A stretch of 64,000 nucleotides of DNA, taken from positions 32,001-96,000 of the forward strand of contig DAIENX010000008.1 of assembly GCA_027340875.1 (NCBI GenBank). Direction: 5' to 3'. Origin of the DNA: Elusimicrobiota bacterium. Lineage in GTDB: Bacteria > Elusimicrobiota > Elusimicrobia > Elusimicrobiales > UBA9959. The notes beneath the pieces were generated by a model. It did no database searches. It saw only the letters and a list, made by a program, of their open reading frames with translations, and was not told the DNA's origin. Made by a program: the position numbers and the translations under genes. This document shows, one piece after another, positions 47,927 through 57,195 of this stretch (position 1 is its first letter; each line of letters starts with the position of its first letter).

Positions 47927-48712
47927 TTATTGGTCCAGCGAGACTATGGCTTCCACCGGGGCGCCTATCTTGACGTCGAAGCTGCGGGCGAAACTGCCGT
48001 TCCTGACCGAGAACTCGAGGAAGCCGAACGAGCCTATCAGGGCCAGCGGCTCTCCCTCCGCGACCGAGGCGTACGTCAGCTTGAGGCCCTTGAGCATGCG
48101 GCCGCCGGCGTTGAATACGCCGCGGGCTCCGACGTATTCGCGGGCGATATTGGTTATCACGTTCCCGAAATGGTCGATGGCTATCACCTGACCGGTTATC
48201 CTGTTGCCGGCCTTGACCGGCTGGGGGAACGGGAAACGGCGGTAATCCGGGAACAGCGGGCCTATCTTCGCCTCCGGGAGGCCCTTGGCTATGGCCGCCG
48301 CGACCGGGGCCATGATATCCCTGCCGTGGAACGTGGAGCTGATCGTCTCCATGAAAAGGGAGGAGTTGTTGATGAAGCGTGCGTCGCGGATCTTCTCCTT
48401 CTGGTCGACCCAGCTGATCAGGCCGTTGTCCGGGGCGATGAACTGGTGGTACGCCGTCCTGGTCCAGATTATGCCGCGTCCCGTGCCCACTGTCGGGTCC
48501 ACCACGCAGAGGAAGAGCGTGCCCTTGGGCATGTAAGGGGTGGCCGCCATCAGGTAGAAGGCGGCCGTCTGTATGTCCTGCGGGGGGATCTGGTGCGTTA
48601 TGTCGATTATCGTGACGCCCGGCGCCTTGGAGAGCAGGACGCCCTTCATAGCGCCCACGAACGGGTCGTGGGTGCCGAAATCGGAGATAAGTGCTATGTG
48701 CTTGGTCTTCAT
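47927..48712 (-). CDS. SAM hydroxide adenosyltransferase (DUF62 family)
   Basis: SDFG..D, VVDPTVGTGR, PDNG, STFHGRD, DHFGN. Confidence 0.9.
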   Translation of the reverse strand: MKTKHIALISDFGTHDPFVGAMKGVLLSKAPGVTIIDITHQIPPQDIQTAAFYLMAATPYMPKGTLFLCVVDPTVGTGRGIIWTRTAYHQFIAPDNGLISWVDQKEKIRDARFINNSSLFMETISSTFHGRDIMAPVAAAIAKGLPEAKIGPLFPDYRRFPFPQPVKAGNRITGQVIAIDHFGNVITNIAREYVGARGVFNAGGRMLKGLKLTYASVAEGEPLALIGSFGFLEFSVRNGSFARSFDVKIGAPVEAIVSLDQ

Positions 48713-48786
48713 CGTTAAGATCGGGGACGCCGTGCCGAGGTCGGCGCTCCTGAGGGGCTACGGCGCGCCGCCTGGCGCGGGTGAGG

Positions 48787-49383
48787 CTATTCGTGGCCGT
48801 GGACGCGGTGAACGGTCGAGCCGGGGATCGTGAGCGGCAGCTTCTGCCGGCAGAGCGGGCAGTTGTCGGGCGGGAAGAGCTGCAGCGGGTAGGAGATCAG
48901 GCCGCGCACCGGCACGTTGAGCGGCAGGTCGCCGGTGGAACGGTCGACTATGGCCACCACGCCTATCACCTTGGCTCCGTAGCCGCGGGCCAGGCTGATG
49001 GCCTCGGCGCAGAGGCGGCCGGAGTTGAGGACGTCGTCCACCACCAGCACGCGCTCGCCCTCGGAGATCTTGAAGTCGCGCTTGAGCACCATGACGCCGT
49101 TGATCTTCTCGGTGAAGATGGAGCGCGCCTTCTTCACGCGGGCGACTTCCTGGCCGATGGCCATCGAACCTACTGAGGGGGAGATCACCACGTTGATCTC
49201 CTGAGGGAACTTGGCGGCCATCTCCTTAGCCACCTTCTGGGCTAGGTGCGGGTACTGGAGCACCAGGGAGGGCTGGATATAGGTCTGGGTGTGGAAGCCG
49301 GAAGGTATCTGGAAATGGCCGTTCAGTATCGCGCCGTGCTCCTGGAGCAGGCCTACCACGTCGAATTTTCCCAGTTTTGACAT
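48787..49383 (-). CDS. pyrE: Orotate phosphoribosyltransferase-like protein (divergent)
   Basis: GHF..SG.H..Y, VLVVDDV, IVDRS, C-terminal CPLC..PGS. Confidence 0.65.
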   Translation of the reverse strand: MSKLGKFDVVGLLQEHGAILNGHFQIPSGFHTQTYIQPSLVLQYPHLAQKVAKEMAAKFPQEINVVISPSVGSMAIGQEVARVKKARSIFTEKINGVMVLKRDFKISEGERVLVVDDVLNSGRLCAEAISLARGYGAKVIGVVAIVDRSTGDLPLNVPVRGLISYPLQLFPPDNCPLCRQKLPLTIPGSTVHRVHGHE

Positions 49384-49385
49384 CG

Positions 49386-51566
49386 TTATTTTCCTCCCGC
49401 GAAACTGTCTATCCTGTTGAAATCTATGTTCGCGCCTTTCTGCGCTGCTTCCCGGATGATCCTTCCGCTGTCCTTGGGGCTGATCATCTTGAACTCCGGC
49501 GCGGTCATCTTGCCCTCGAGCGTGAAGGCCAGGGCCGGCTTGCCGCTGGAGTCCGTGAGAGCCTCCGGCAGGCTGCCCATGGAAGAGTACTTACCAGACA
49601 TTGTATAAATTTTTACCTTCATGGTCTCGTTCTTAAAATCCAGCATGCCGGAGACGAAGGCGGAGAAGTCCTTGCCTTCCATGTAGAAGTTCTTTATCTC
49701 CACCTTGCCGTCGTCCACCGAGTAATCGCCGCCTATGGAGTTGAAGGACACGTCCTTGACCTTGTAGTCGAACTTGAGCGCGCCGACGCGGTTCATCCGG
49801 TGGATGAAGGTCAGCGGCAGTGAGAAGAGGTAGTAGACATGGTCCTCCTCGGAAGTCTTCTGCACGTCGTAGAACGTGCCGGCGCCGGCCTTGACGGAGA
49901 TGTCGCCCTTTATCTTCGAGATGTCCCCGGATATGTCCTTCAGGGTGCCGGCCAGGTAGAAATCCTCGGCGTTCATATAATCGTGGCGGAAGCGGCCGGC
50001 CTTGTAGAGCACCTTCACGGAGGAGTATCCGATAGGGATGGAGTTCTTCAGCTTCTTGAGCCAGGCGAGGTCGGAGTCGAACTCCGGCATGCCGACGCGC
50101 GGGCCCCGCAGGTCCCGGATGTCGAAGACCAGCTTCTTGAGGCTCGAGAAGAGGAGGTCTTCCGAATATCCGATGAAGTCCACGCTGCGCTCCGCGGTCA
50201 GCGGCCGTCTGATGACGGCCCTGCCCTTGGCAGGGCCGCCGTTGAATTTGCCGGAGTACTTCAGCAGGAAGCCGTCCTTCAGGAACTCGGTGTCGAGCTT
50301 CAGGCCGGCCAGGGTGTTATCGCCGAGCACCAGTCTCCCGCGGGAGGTGGAGATGTAGCTGTTCCGGATGTCGTCCGAGATCAGCGCGGCGAGGTCGAGA
50401 TTGGAGACGTTCAGCTTCCGGTATGAGAAGCCGGCCCCGGCGGTGTTGAGGAAGGCCCTGGAGAAGACAGGCCTGCCGTCGCGCGAGGCCAGCCGCAGGC
50501 GTACCTGGGCCTTGCCGACCGGCTTGTCCAGCGGCAGCACCGCCCCGTAACCTTTCAGCTTGTCCAGGGCCACCGGGGGGGCGGAGATCATGAAACTGTA
50601 GGTCAGGGTGGACCTGGACAGATCGAAGTCGCCCTCAGCCTTCAGGTCCAGCGGCTTCACGGAGACCGTCACCCTGGCCGAGGCTGTGGAGGGGAAAACG
50701 GAGCTTATCTCCCAGGCCGACTGCGGCGCCGAGAACCGGAACGGCGAGTCGAACAGGTAGGCGAGGTCGGTGTTCCTGAAGGACGGCACTTCCGCCCTCA
50801 GGGAGAGCTCGGGGCGCCGGAGGTTCTTGACGTCGCCGGTGAAGCGGATGGTCTTGTCGAGCAGCGTGATGTCGGCCTTGAGGTCCTTGAGGCGCGATTC
50901 CTCCCAGTCGAAGCCGGCCAGGTTCACGCTGCCTTCCGCGTAGAGCCTGCCGGTCACCGGTTTGCGGAAGGCGTTGCTCTTGAAGAACACCGAGGCGTAG
51001 AAAGAGGTGTCCGTTCCCGGCTTGAAGCCGCTGAGGGTCGCGTTCAGGTTGTCGAAATTGTAATGCTTTCCGCTCTTCAGCAGTGAAACCTCGAGGCGGC
51101 CGTCCTTGATCTCGGCCGTATTGATGCTTTCCAGCAGGCCGCCTTTGCCGTTCTGGCGGTACGCGGCCAGGATGTCGCTTACGTTCCAGTTCCCGTCGCC
51201 CCGCTTCAGCAGCGTGATGGAAGGGGAAACAAGCACCACGCTGTCTATCTCCAGTTTGCGGTGCAGCAGCGGCGGCAGGCGGTAGGTGGCGTAGATATAT
51301 TCCGCTTTCAGGAAGTCCACGGCCTCCGGGCCCGGCTCTACCACGCTGAGGCCCTTGATCTTTATCTCACCGGTGTAGGATAGCCTGGCCCACTCTATCT
51401 GTACCGGGCGTTTCATGATCTGCTGGAACTGATCGGTGACTATGGCCTTGACGTCGTCGGGCTTGAACATGACCCTGATGGTGAACATGGCGGTGGCAAC
51501 GAGGCCGGCCGCCAGTATAAGCGGCAGGAAAATGACCCGCAATATCACCTGCTTGAACAGTTTCAT
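49386..51566 (-). CDS. AsmA family protein
   Basis: N-terminal TM, L..P.I.L.K..DG.WN.SD motif, extended beta-rich body. Confidence 0.75.
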   Translation of the reverse strand: MKLFKQVILRVIFLPLILAAGLVATAMFTIRVMFKPDDVKAIVTDQFQQIMKRPVQIEWARLSYTGEIKIKGLSVVEPGPEAVDFLKAEYIYATYRLPPLLHRKLEIDSVVLVSPSITLLKRGDGNWNVSDILAAYRQNGKGGLLESINTAEIKDGRLEVSLLKSGKHYNFDNLNATLSGFKPGTDTSFYASVFFKSNAFRKPVTGRLYAEGSVNLAGFDWEESRLKDLKADITLLDKTIRFTGDVKNLRRPELSLRAEVPSFRNTDLAYLFDSPFRFSAPQSAWEISSVFPSTASARVTVSVKPLDLKAEGDFDLSRSTLTYSFMISAPPVALDKLKGYGAVLPLDKPVGKAQVRLRLASRDGRPVFSRAFLNTAGAGFSYRKLNVSNLDLAALISDDIRNSYISTSRGRLVLGDNTLAGLKLDTEFLKDGFLLKYSGKFNGGPAKGRAVIRRPLTAERSVDFIGYSEDLLFSSLKKLVFDIRDLRGPRVGMPEFDSDLAWLKKLKNSIPIGYSSVKVLYKAGRFRHDYMNAEDFYLAGTLKDISGDISKIKGDISVKAGAGTFYDVQKTSEEDHVYYLFSLPLTFIHRMNRVGALKFDYKVKDVSFNSIGGDYSVDDGKVEIKNFYMEGKDFSAFVSGMLDFKNETMKVKIYTMSGKYSSMGSLPEALTDSSGKPALAFTLEGKMTAPEFKMISPKDSGRIIREAAQKGANIDFNRIDSFAGGK

Positions 51567-52258
51567 GACCTGATATATATTTTAGCAGTATTGACCAGAT
51601 GCAGAGCGGCCGAATAGATGACGGAATATACGTAGCCTTGCGCCCGCAGGACGTGCCCGGCGTAAGCCTTCAGGCTCAGGAGGCCGGGGAACAGCAGCTT
51701 CAGCGCGGCCGCGAGGCCCAGGCAGTTGAGCAGCAGCAGCAGCGGCATCGAGAATAGCGGCCCGCCGGCGTTCCGGAGGTCGCTCTGTACCGGGCCGGCC
51801 AGGATATCTGCGGTATGAAGCAGGTGGAACGCCAGCGTGAAGCCTGCGGCGGCCAGGAACCACGGACGCAGTTGGGAGACGTCCCAGAGGCGGCCGGCGG
51901 CCCAGTAGGCGGCCGACACGGCCAGCGTATAGAACGGCACGAAATAGGGGGCAAGAGAGATGAAGGCGTTGCTGGAGTCGGTGAGGACGTAGCCGCTGTT
52001 CTTCCTGACGGAGATCTTGCGCACCCTGACGCCGCTGAATACGGCGGCCAGGGCGTGGGTCAGCTCGTGCGCGGCGACGTACAGGCTCTTGCCGCGGCCG
52101 GTCCAGTGGAAGGCCAGGCAGAGCAGCGCGCCGGCCAGCAGAGGGAGGGTCACGGAGAACCTGCCCAGTGCCGGCGCCAGCACCGCGCCGGTGGCCCAGG
52201 CCCCGGCGAGGGCGGCCGGGGCCAGCGCTATGCCGATGGCGGGCTTCAGGAAGCGCAT
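51563..52258 (-). CDS. Membrane metallopeptidase-like protein (M50-like, HEXXH)
   Basis: HELTH, ISLAPYF, QSD. Alternative TTG start at 52264. Confidence 0.65.
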   Translation of the reverse strand: MRFLKPAIGIALAPAALAGAWATGAVLAPALGRFSVTLPLLAGALLCLAFHWTGRGKSLYVAAHELTHALAAVFSGVRVRKISVRKNSGYVLTDSSNAFISLAPYFVPFYTLAVSAAYWAAGRLWDVSQLRPWFLAAAGFTLAFHLLHTADILAGPVQSDLRNAGGPLFSMPLLLLLNCLGLAAALKLLFPGLLSLKAYAGHVLRAQGYVYSVIYSAALHLVNTAKIYIRS

Positions 52259-52260
52259 GG

Positions 52261-52728
52261 TCAACGGAGCATCCAGTCCTCGGCGGTGACGCCTCGGCGC
52301 TTCAGTTCCTCTTTCCAGGCGGCCAGGGCGGAGTCCGCTTTGGCCGAGGCTTCCGCGGCCCAGGGGTTAAGGGGGGAACGGAAATCCTCGGCCGCGGTCC
52401 TGTACCAGATATAGGCCTGTTTGGCTGAGCTCTCTTGGAGACGGAAATCGCGTTCCGCGGCGGCCAGCTCTGTCTGCCTCGCGGTCTCGGCCGCTGACAG
52501 CCTGCCGGCTTCGGCGTCGCGGGTTATCTTCTCGGCCCGCGATTTGTACAAACCGTCGAAATACGCCTTCTTGTCGTCGGGGCGGGTCAGCCAGTAATAG
52601 AACTTGTCGCCCCGCTTCATGGCGGAGCGGGAGCGCAGCGCCAGGTCGGCCGCGGCCAGCAGAAAAAAGGCCAGGACCGCGAGCGCGGTCCAGGCCGTGT
52701 ATCTGAGGGCGCGGCTGCGCGCTGGCAC
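52261..52728 (-). CDS. Hypothetical membrane-anchored helical protein
   Basis: 155 aa ORF packed between neighbours; N-terminal TM. Confidence 0.6.
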   Translation of the reverse strand: MPARSRALRYTAWTALAVLAFFLLAAADLALRSRSAMKRGDKFYYWLTRPDDKKAYFDGLYKSRAEKITRDAEAGRLSAAETARQTELAAAERDFRLQESSAKQAYIWYRTAAEDFRSPLNPWAAEASAKADSALAAWKEELKRRGVTAEDWMLR

Positions 52729-52730
52729 GC

Positions 52731-53150
52731 CTACCTCCTGAGCTGGGGCTGTGTCTTGAGGATCTTGTGGAGCAGCGAGATGAGTATCTGCGGCTTCACG
52801 GGCTTCTCTATGAATTCCCTGACGTTGGGCTCCTGGCGTATCATGTCGGAAGTGGAGCGGTCCGTGTAGCGGCCGGTGATTATGACTATCGGTATGCTGC
52901 CGGTCTCGTCGGCCTGCAGTTCGCGCAGGATCTCGAAGCCGCCGAACTTGGGGAGCATCAGGTCGAGCAGGATGATGTCCGGGTTGACCGCCTTGGCCTT
53001 GGAGAGGGCCTCCTCTCCGTCCGCCGCTTTCTCTATGCGGAAGCCTTCCTTCTTGACTATGAACTCGATAAGCTCCCGGACCGAGTCGTCGTCGTCGACG
53101 ATCAGCACCAGTTTATCGGCAGGCCGGCCGAAAGCGGGATTGTTGTCCAT
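52731..53150 (-). CDS. Single-domain response regulator
   Basis: VLIVDDD, LDLMLP, IITG, EKP. Confidence 0.92.
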   Translation of the reverse strand: MDNNPAFGRPADKLVLIVDDDDSVRELIEFIVKKEGFRIEKAADGEEALSKAKAVNPDIILLDLMLPKFGGFEILRELQADETGSIPIVIITGRYTDRSTSDMIRQEPNVREFIEKPVKPQILISLLHKILKTQPQLRR

Positions 53151-53176
53151 TAATTACCTCGATGCTCCCCGCGCGG

Positions 53177-53407
53177 CTAGATGTTGGTGGTGACCAGGGT
53201 CTCGGTGGTCTGCACGCCGTGTATGCCGCGCACTTCGCGGACTATCAGTCCGCTGAGCTTGTCGATCGTGTCGGACTCGGCCACCAGGATGGCGTCCCAG
53301 CCGCCGAAGGTCATATAGACGTCCTTGACGCCGCGGATGCTCTTGATCTGCTGCACGGCCTTCTGTTCGAGGCCTGCCACCAGTTTGCAAAGCACGAAAG
53401 CTATCAT
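53177..53407 (-). CDS. Stand-alone Lrp/AsnC ligand-binding (RAM) domain protein
   Basis: 76 aa, TFGGWD, IHGVQTTETL; no HTH; GGAGG SD. Confidence 0.85.
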   Translation of the reverse strand: MIAFVLCKLVAGLEQKAVQQIKSIRGVKDVYMTFGGWDAILVAESDTIDKLSGLIVREVRGIHGVQTTETLVTTNI

Positions 53408-53449
53408 GAGTTTGTCCTCCTGGGCTATGCCTGTGCCGTATCGGACGGC

Positions 53450-54151
53450 CTAGATCCGCTCGTTCCACTCGCGCGTGGCGTATTTGGACGCCGCCAGCTC
53501 CGCGGTCCTGCTGCGGGCCTGGTCCGGCATTGCGGCGGTCTCCCACTGCAGGCCGAATTCCCCGCCCAAAGCGCTTATCACGGCGTTCCGGTGCGGACCC
53601 GAGTCGGCCCTGGCGTCCGGGGCCTGGAAGGAAGCCTGATAGAGCATGTAATCGCCCAGCTTGCGCAGGGCTCCTCCCAGTACCTTTTTACCATTATACA
53701 AAATATCCATATTCACCGGTTTTGAGAAGCAGTCCATGACCGGGTCGTTTACGGCATAGTCTTGCGTCTTCTCGCTCAGCAGCCCGAAGCCCGCCCCGCG
53801 GCGGGCGTATTCCGCGGTTATCGCGCTGTGCAGGCGGTCGTAGACCTTGCCGGGCTCGAAGTAGACTCCGGGGGAGTGGAAGATGAACGAGAAGGTCAGA
53901 TCGGTCTCGTGGAATACTATGCCGCCGCCGGTGGGTCTGCGGACTATGGAGGCGATGGTGCAGCCGGCCGCGGCCACGGCCTCGCCGACGGCCCGGCGGC
54001 GCTGGGAATAGCCGAAAGTGATGCCGCGGTCCTTCCAGTTGAAGAAGCGCAGGACGTATTTAGCGGGCAGCGCCTCGCAGAGGGCCTCGTCGGCCGCCAT
54101 CTGCTCGTAGACGTCCAGCGGCTGCGTCTCTATTATCAGTCCCTTTTCCAT
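53450..54151 (-). CDS. Lipoate-protein ligase / octanoyltransferase (LplA/LipM family)
   Basis: MAADEAL, RRPTGGG, CF, GKKVLG; downstream of the gcv genes. Confidence 0.85.
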   Translation of the reverse strand: MEKGLIIETQPLDVYEQMAADEALCEALPAKYVLRFFNWKDRGITFGYSQRRRAVGEAVAAAGCTIASIVRRPTGGGIVFHETDLTFSFIFHSPGVYFEPGKVYDRLHSAITAEYARRGAGFGLLSEKTQDYAVNDPVMDCFSKPVNMDILYNGKKVLGGALRKLGDYMLYQASFQAPDARADSGPHRNAVISALGGEFGLQWETAAMPDQARSRTAELAASKYATREWNERI

Positions 54152-54172
54152 AACACTTCAATGTTCGCTATT

Positions 54173-54305
54173 CCGGCCCCGCAGGTGTCGTGTCGCAAAA
54201 CACGGCGTCGCGCACACCGTGCGCGCGCCTCGGCACTCGGGCCTCGCGCTTACGCAAGCTCGGCCCTCCGCGACGGTTTTGCCGCCCCGACACCTCCGGT
54301 GCCGG
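54173..54305. repeat. Structured intergenic element, copy C
   Basis: IRs AGGTGTCG/CGACACCT and GCAAAAC/GTTTTGC around a core homologous to 37777-37851. Confidence 0.8.
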
Positions 54306-54312
54306 GCAAATC

Positions 54313-55761
54313 CTACCAGCGAAGGTTCGGCTGGCGGGCGGCCTGCACTTCGTCGAGGCGCTTGACCGGCTGCGTCACCGGCGCGTCCTTCAGCGTCTGC
54401 GGGTCCGCGACGCCCTGCGCGTGTATGTCCCTCATCGCGGCGACGAACTCGTCCAGCGTCTCCTTGGACTCGGTCTCCGTCGGCTCTATCATGATGGCCT
54501 CGTGGACTATCAGCGGGAAATACACCGTGGGGGCGTGGAAGCCGCGGTCCAGCAGGCCCTTGGCCACGTCCAGCGTCTTAAGCCCCTTGTCGGTCATGTC
54601 CTTGCCGGGCGTCAGCACGCACTCGTGCATGCAGTACTCCTTCGAGTACGGCGGGTAAAGGTCCTTCAGCTTCGCCGCCACGTAGTTGGCGTTGATTATC
54701 GCGGCCTCGGCTATTCCGCCCAGCTCCTTCGCGGAGTGGGCCAGCATGTACGCGTAGGCCCGGACCAGTATCCCTGTGTTCCCGAAGAAGGCCTTCACCT
54801 TGCCTATGCTGCGGCCGTCGCCAAAGTCGGAGACGTACCCGCCGTTCTCCTTTTTTACGGTCGGCACGGGCAGGAACGGGGCGAGGTGCTTCCGGCAGAC
54901 TATGGCGCCCGCTCCGGGGCCGCCGCCGCCGTGAGGCGTGGAGAAGGTCTTGTGGAAGTTGAGGTGCATCATGTCCACGCCGAGGTCGCCCGGCTTCACC
55001 ATTCCTATCAGCGCGTTCAGGTTGGCGCCGTCCATGTAGAGCAGCGCGCCGGCGTCGTGCACGGCCTTGGCTATCGCCTCTATGTTGCTCTCGAAGATGC
55101 CCAGAGTGTTGGGGACGGTCAGCATCAGCACGGCGGTCCTGGGCCCGAGGTGCTTCTTCAGCTCCTCGACGTCCAGCCGGCCGTCCGGCTTTGAGGCGAT
55201 GTTGACGGTGGTGAAGCCCATCATCGACGCGGTGGCCGGGTTGGTGCCGTGCGCGGAGTCCGGCACGATGATCTCGGTCCTGTCCTTCTGGCCTTTGTCC
55301 TCGAAGTAGGCCTTGGCCAGCAGCAGGCCGGTGAACTCGCTGTGCGCGCCGGCGGCGGGCTGCAGCGTTATGGCGTCCAGGCCGCAGAGCTCCGTCATGC
55401 GCGAGCCCAGGTCGTGCAGCAGCTCCAGGGTCCCCTGCGAACAGCTGTCGTGCGCGAGCGGATGCAGCGCGGCGAAGCCTTCCAGGCCGGCGGCCTCCTC
55501 GTTAAAGCGAGGGTTGTACTTCATCGTGCAGGAACCGAGCGGGTAGAAGTGCGTATCGACGGAGAAGTTCAGGCGCGACAGGCGCGTATAATGGCGCAGG
55601 ACGTCGAACTCGGAAAGCTCGGGCAGCTTCGGCGCGGTCTTCCGGCGCAGGCCGGCGGGGATCTTCCCCTTCGCGCGCAGCGGGTTCTTGCAGAACAGGC
55701 CGCGGCGGCCGGGGTCGGACCTCTCTATGCTGAGACTGTTGTCGGTCACGGAGCAGATCAT
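54313..55761 (-). CDS. gcvPB: Glycine dehydrogenase subunit 2
   Basis: YPLGSCTMKYNP, SAHGTNPA, DGAN, NFHKTFSTPHGGGGPG, IEPTETESK. Confidence 0.96.
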   Translation of the reverse strand: MICSVTDNSLSIERSDPGRRGLFCKNPLRAKGKIPAGLRRKTAPKLPELSEFDVLRHYTRLSRLNFSVDTHFYPLGSCTMKYNPRFNEEAAGLEGFAALHPLAHDSCSQGTLELLHDLGSRMTELCGLDAITLQPAAGAHSEFTGLLLAKAYFEDKGQKDRTEIIVPDSAHGTNPATASMMGFTTVNIASKPDGRLDVEELKKHLGPRTAVLMLTVPNTLGIFESNIEAIAKAVHDAGALLYMDGANLNALIGMVKPGDLGVDMMHLNFHKTFSTPHGGGGPGAGAIVCRKHLAPFLPVPTVKKENGGYVSDFGDGRSIGKVKAFFGNTGILVRAYAYMLAHSAKELGGIAEAAIINANYVAAKLKDLYPPYSKEYCMHECVLTPGKDMTDKGLKTLDVAKGLLDRGFHAPTVYFPLIVHEAIMIEPTETESKETLDEFVAAMRDIHAQGVADPQTLKDAPVTQPVKRLDEVQAARQPNLRW

Positions 55762-57089
55762 ATGGCCTCCTTGACGGCGGCTTCGAGCTTCAGGATGTCG
55801 GCCCCTGTCTTGGTCTCGGTGGCGCAAACGAGCAGCGTCTCTCCGAGCTCGGGGTAGAGCGGTGCGAGAGGCAGGCCGATATCGATGCCTTTCGCGGCCA
55901 GCACCTTCTCGCGCAGCGCCGCGGCCGAGCCCGGCACCGCCAGCACGAACTCGTTGAAGAAGGGGGACTTGAACCTGAGCGAGCAGCCTTTGACCGCCGA
56001 GAGGCGCTCGGCGGCGAAGGCCGCCGCGCCGGCGTTGGCCTCGGCCAGCTCTTTCAGTCCCTCGGGACCGTAAAGCGCCGAGTAGATGGTGGCGGAGAGC
56101 GCGCAGAGCGCCTCGTTGGAGCAGATGTTCGAAGCGGCCTTGTCGCGGCGGATGTGCTGCTCGCGGGCCTGCAGCGTCAGCACGAAGCCGCGCTTGCCGT
56201 CCTTGTCCTTGGTCATGCCGCAGATGCGCCCCGGCATCTGGCGGACGTGCTCCTTTTTGCAGGAGAACAGTCCCAGGTAGGGGCCGCCGTAGGCGAGCGG
56301 CAGGCCCAGGCTCTGGCCCTCTCCGACGGCGAAGTCGGCGCCGTATTCTCCGGGAGCGGCGAGGATACCGAGGCTGACCGGATCGGCCGCCGCGACGAGC
56401 AGCGCGCCGGCCTTCTTCGCCAGGTCCGAGACGCCGGCCATGTCCTCTATGACCCCGAGGAAGTTGGGGGTCTGCACGGCGAGGCACGCCGCGCCCTCGA
56501 GCAGCCCGGGCAGCGCGGACTTGTCCATCGCGCCGTCCTTCATCGGGACCTTGACGTAGGAGTAATCGGGGGAGTGGGCGAAATAGGTCTTCAGCGTGTC
56601 CATGTACTGCGGGTTCACTCCGGCCGAGTAGACTATCTTCTTCCTGCCGGTCACGCGCACCGCCGCGCGCACGGCCTCGGCGAAGGAGCTCGCGCCGTCG
56701 TACATCGACGCGTTAGCGCAGTCCATGCCGTACAGCGAGCAGACCGTGCTCTGGAACTCGTAGATGGCCTGCAGCGTGCCCTGGCTGGCCTCGGGCTGGT
56801 ACGGGGTGTAGGCGGTCAGGAATTCCGTGCGGGAGGTGACCGCCTTGACCACGGCAGGCGTGTAACGCTCGTAGGCGCCGGCGCCGAGGAAGCTCAGCGG
56901 CCGGCAGTTGTTCTTGGAAAGCTCGGAGAGCCTGGCCGCGGCCTGGGCCTCGTCGAGGCTCTGCTGCGGCAGGTCGAGCTTGGGCCAGAGGAACTTGGAG
57001 GGGACCTGCTTCACCAGGTCCTCGAAGGAGGCTGCGCCGATGGCGCGCAGCATCTCCTTCTTGTCCGCTTCGGTATGGGGAATGTACAT
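55758..57089 (-). CDS. gcvPA: Glycine dehydrogenase subunit 1
   Basis: MYIPHT, TAYTPYQPEASQG, NASMYDGA, REQHIRR..SNICSN. Confidence 0.96.
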   Translation of the reverse strand: MYIPHTEADKKEMLRAIGAASFEDLVKQVPSKFLWPKLDLPQQSLDEAQAAARLSELSKNNCRPLSFLGAGAYERYTPAVVKAVTSRTEFLTAYTPYQPEASQGTLQAIYEFQSTVCSLYGMDCANASMYDGASSFAEAVRAAVRVTGRKKIVYSAGVNPQYMDTLKTYFAHSPDYSYVKVPMKDGAMDKSALPGLLEGAACLAVQTPNFLGVIEDMAGVSDLAKKAGALLVAAADPVSLGILAAPGEYGADFAVGEGQSLGLPLAYGGPYLGLFSCKKEHVRQMPGRICGMTKDKDGKRGFVLTLQAREQHIRRDKAASNICSNEALCALSATIYSALYGPEGLKELAEANAGAAAFAAERLSAVKGCSLRFKSPFFNEFVLAVPGSAAALREKVLAAKGIDIGLPLAPLYPELGETLLVCATETKTGADILKLEAAVKEAI

Positions 57090-57138
57090 GGGGGCTCCTG
57101 CTGTGAACGAAGGGAAAGCTGCCCGGGAGGCAGCGTCG

Positions 57139-57182
57139 CCGCGTCCGTCGCCGGGGAGCTGGTCCTCCGGCGACGGACGCGG
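57139..57182. repeat. Perfect 16-bp GC-rich hairpin between gcvH and gcvPA
   Basis: CCGCGTCCGTCGCCGG / CCGGCGACGGACGCGG. Confidence 0.8.
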
Positions 57183-57195
57183 GCGGCGGGGAACG

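Noticed and set aside
47927..48712. Fluorinase/chlorinase
   Set aside because: Has the Asp-Arg-His hydrolase triad and no secondary-metabolite context.
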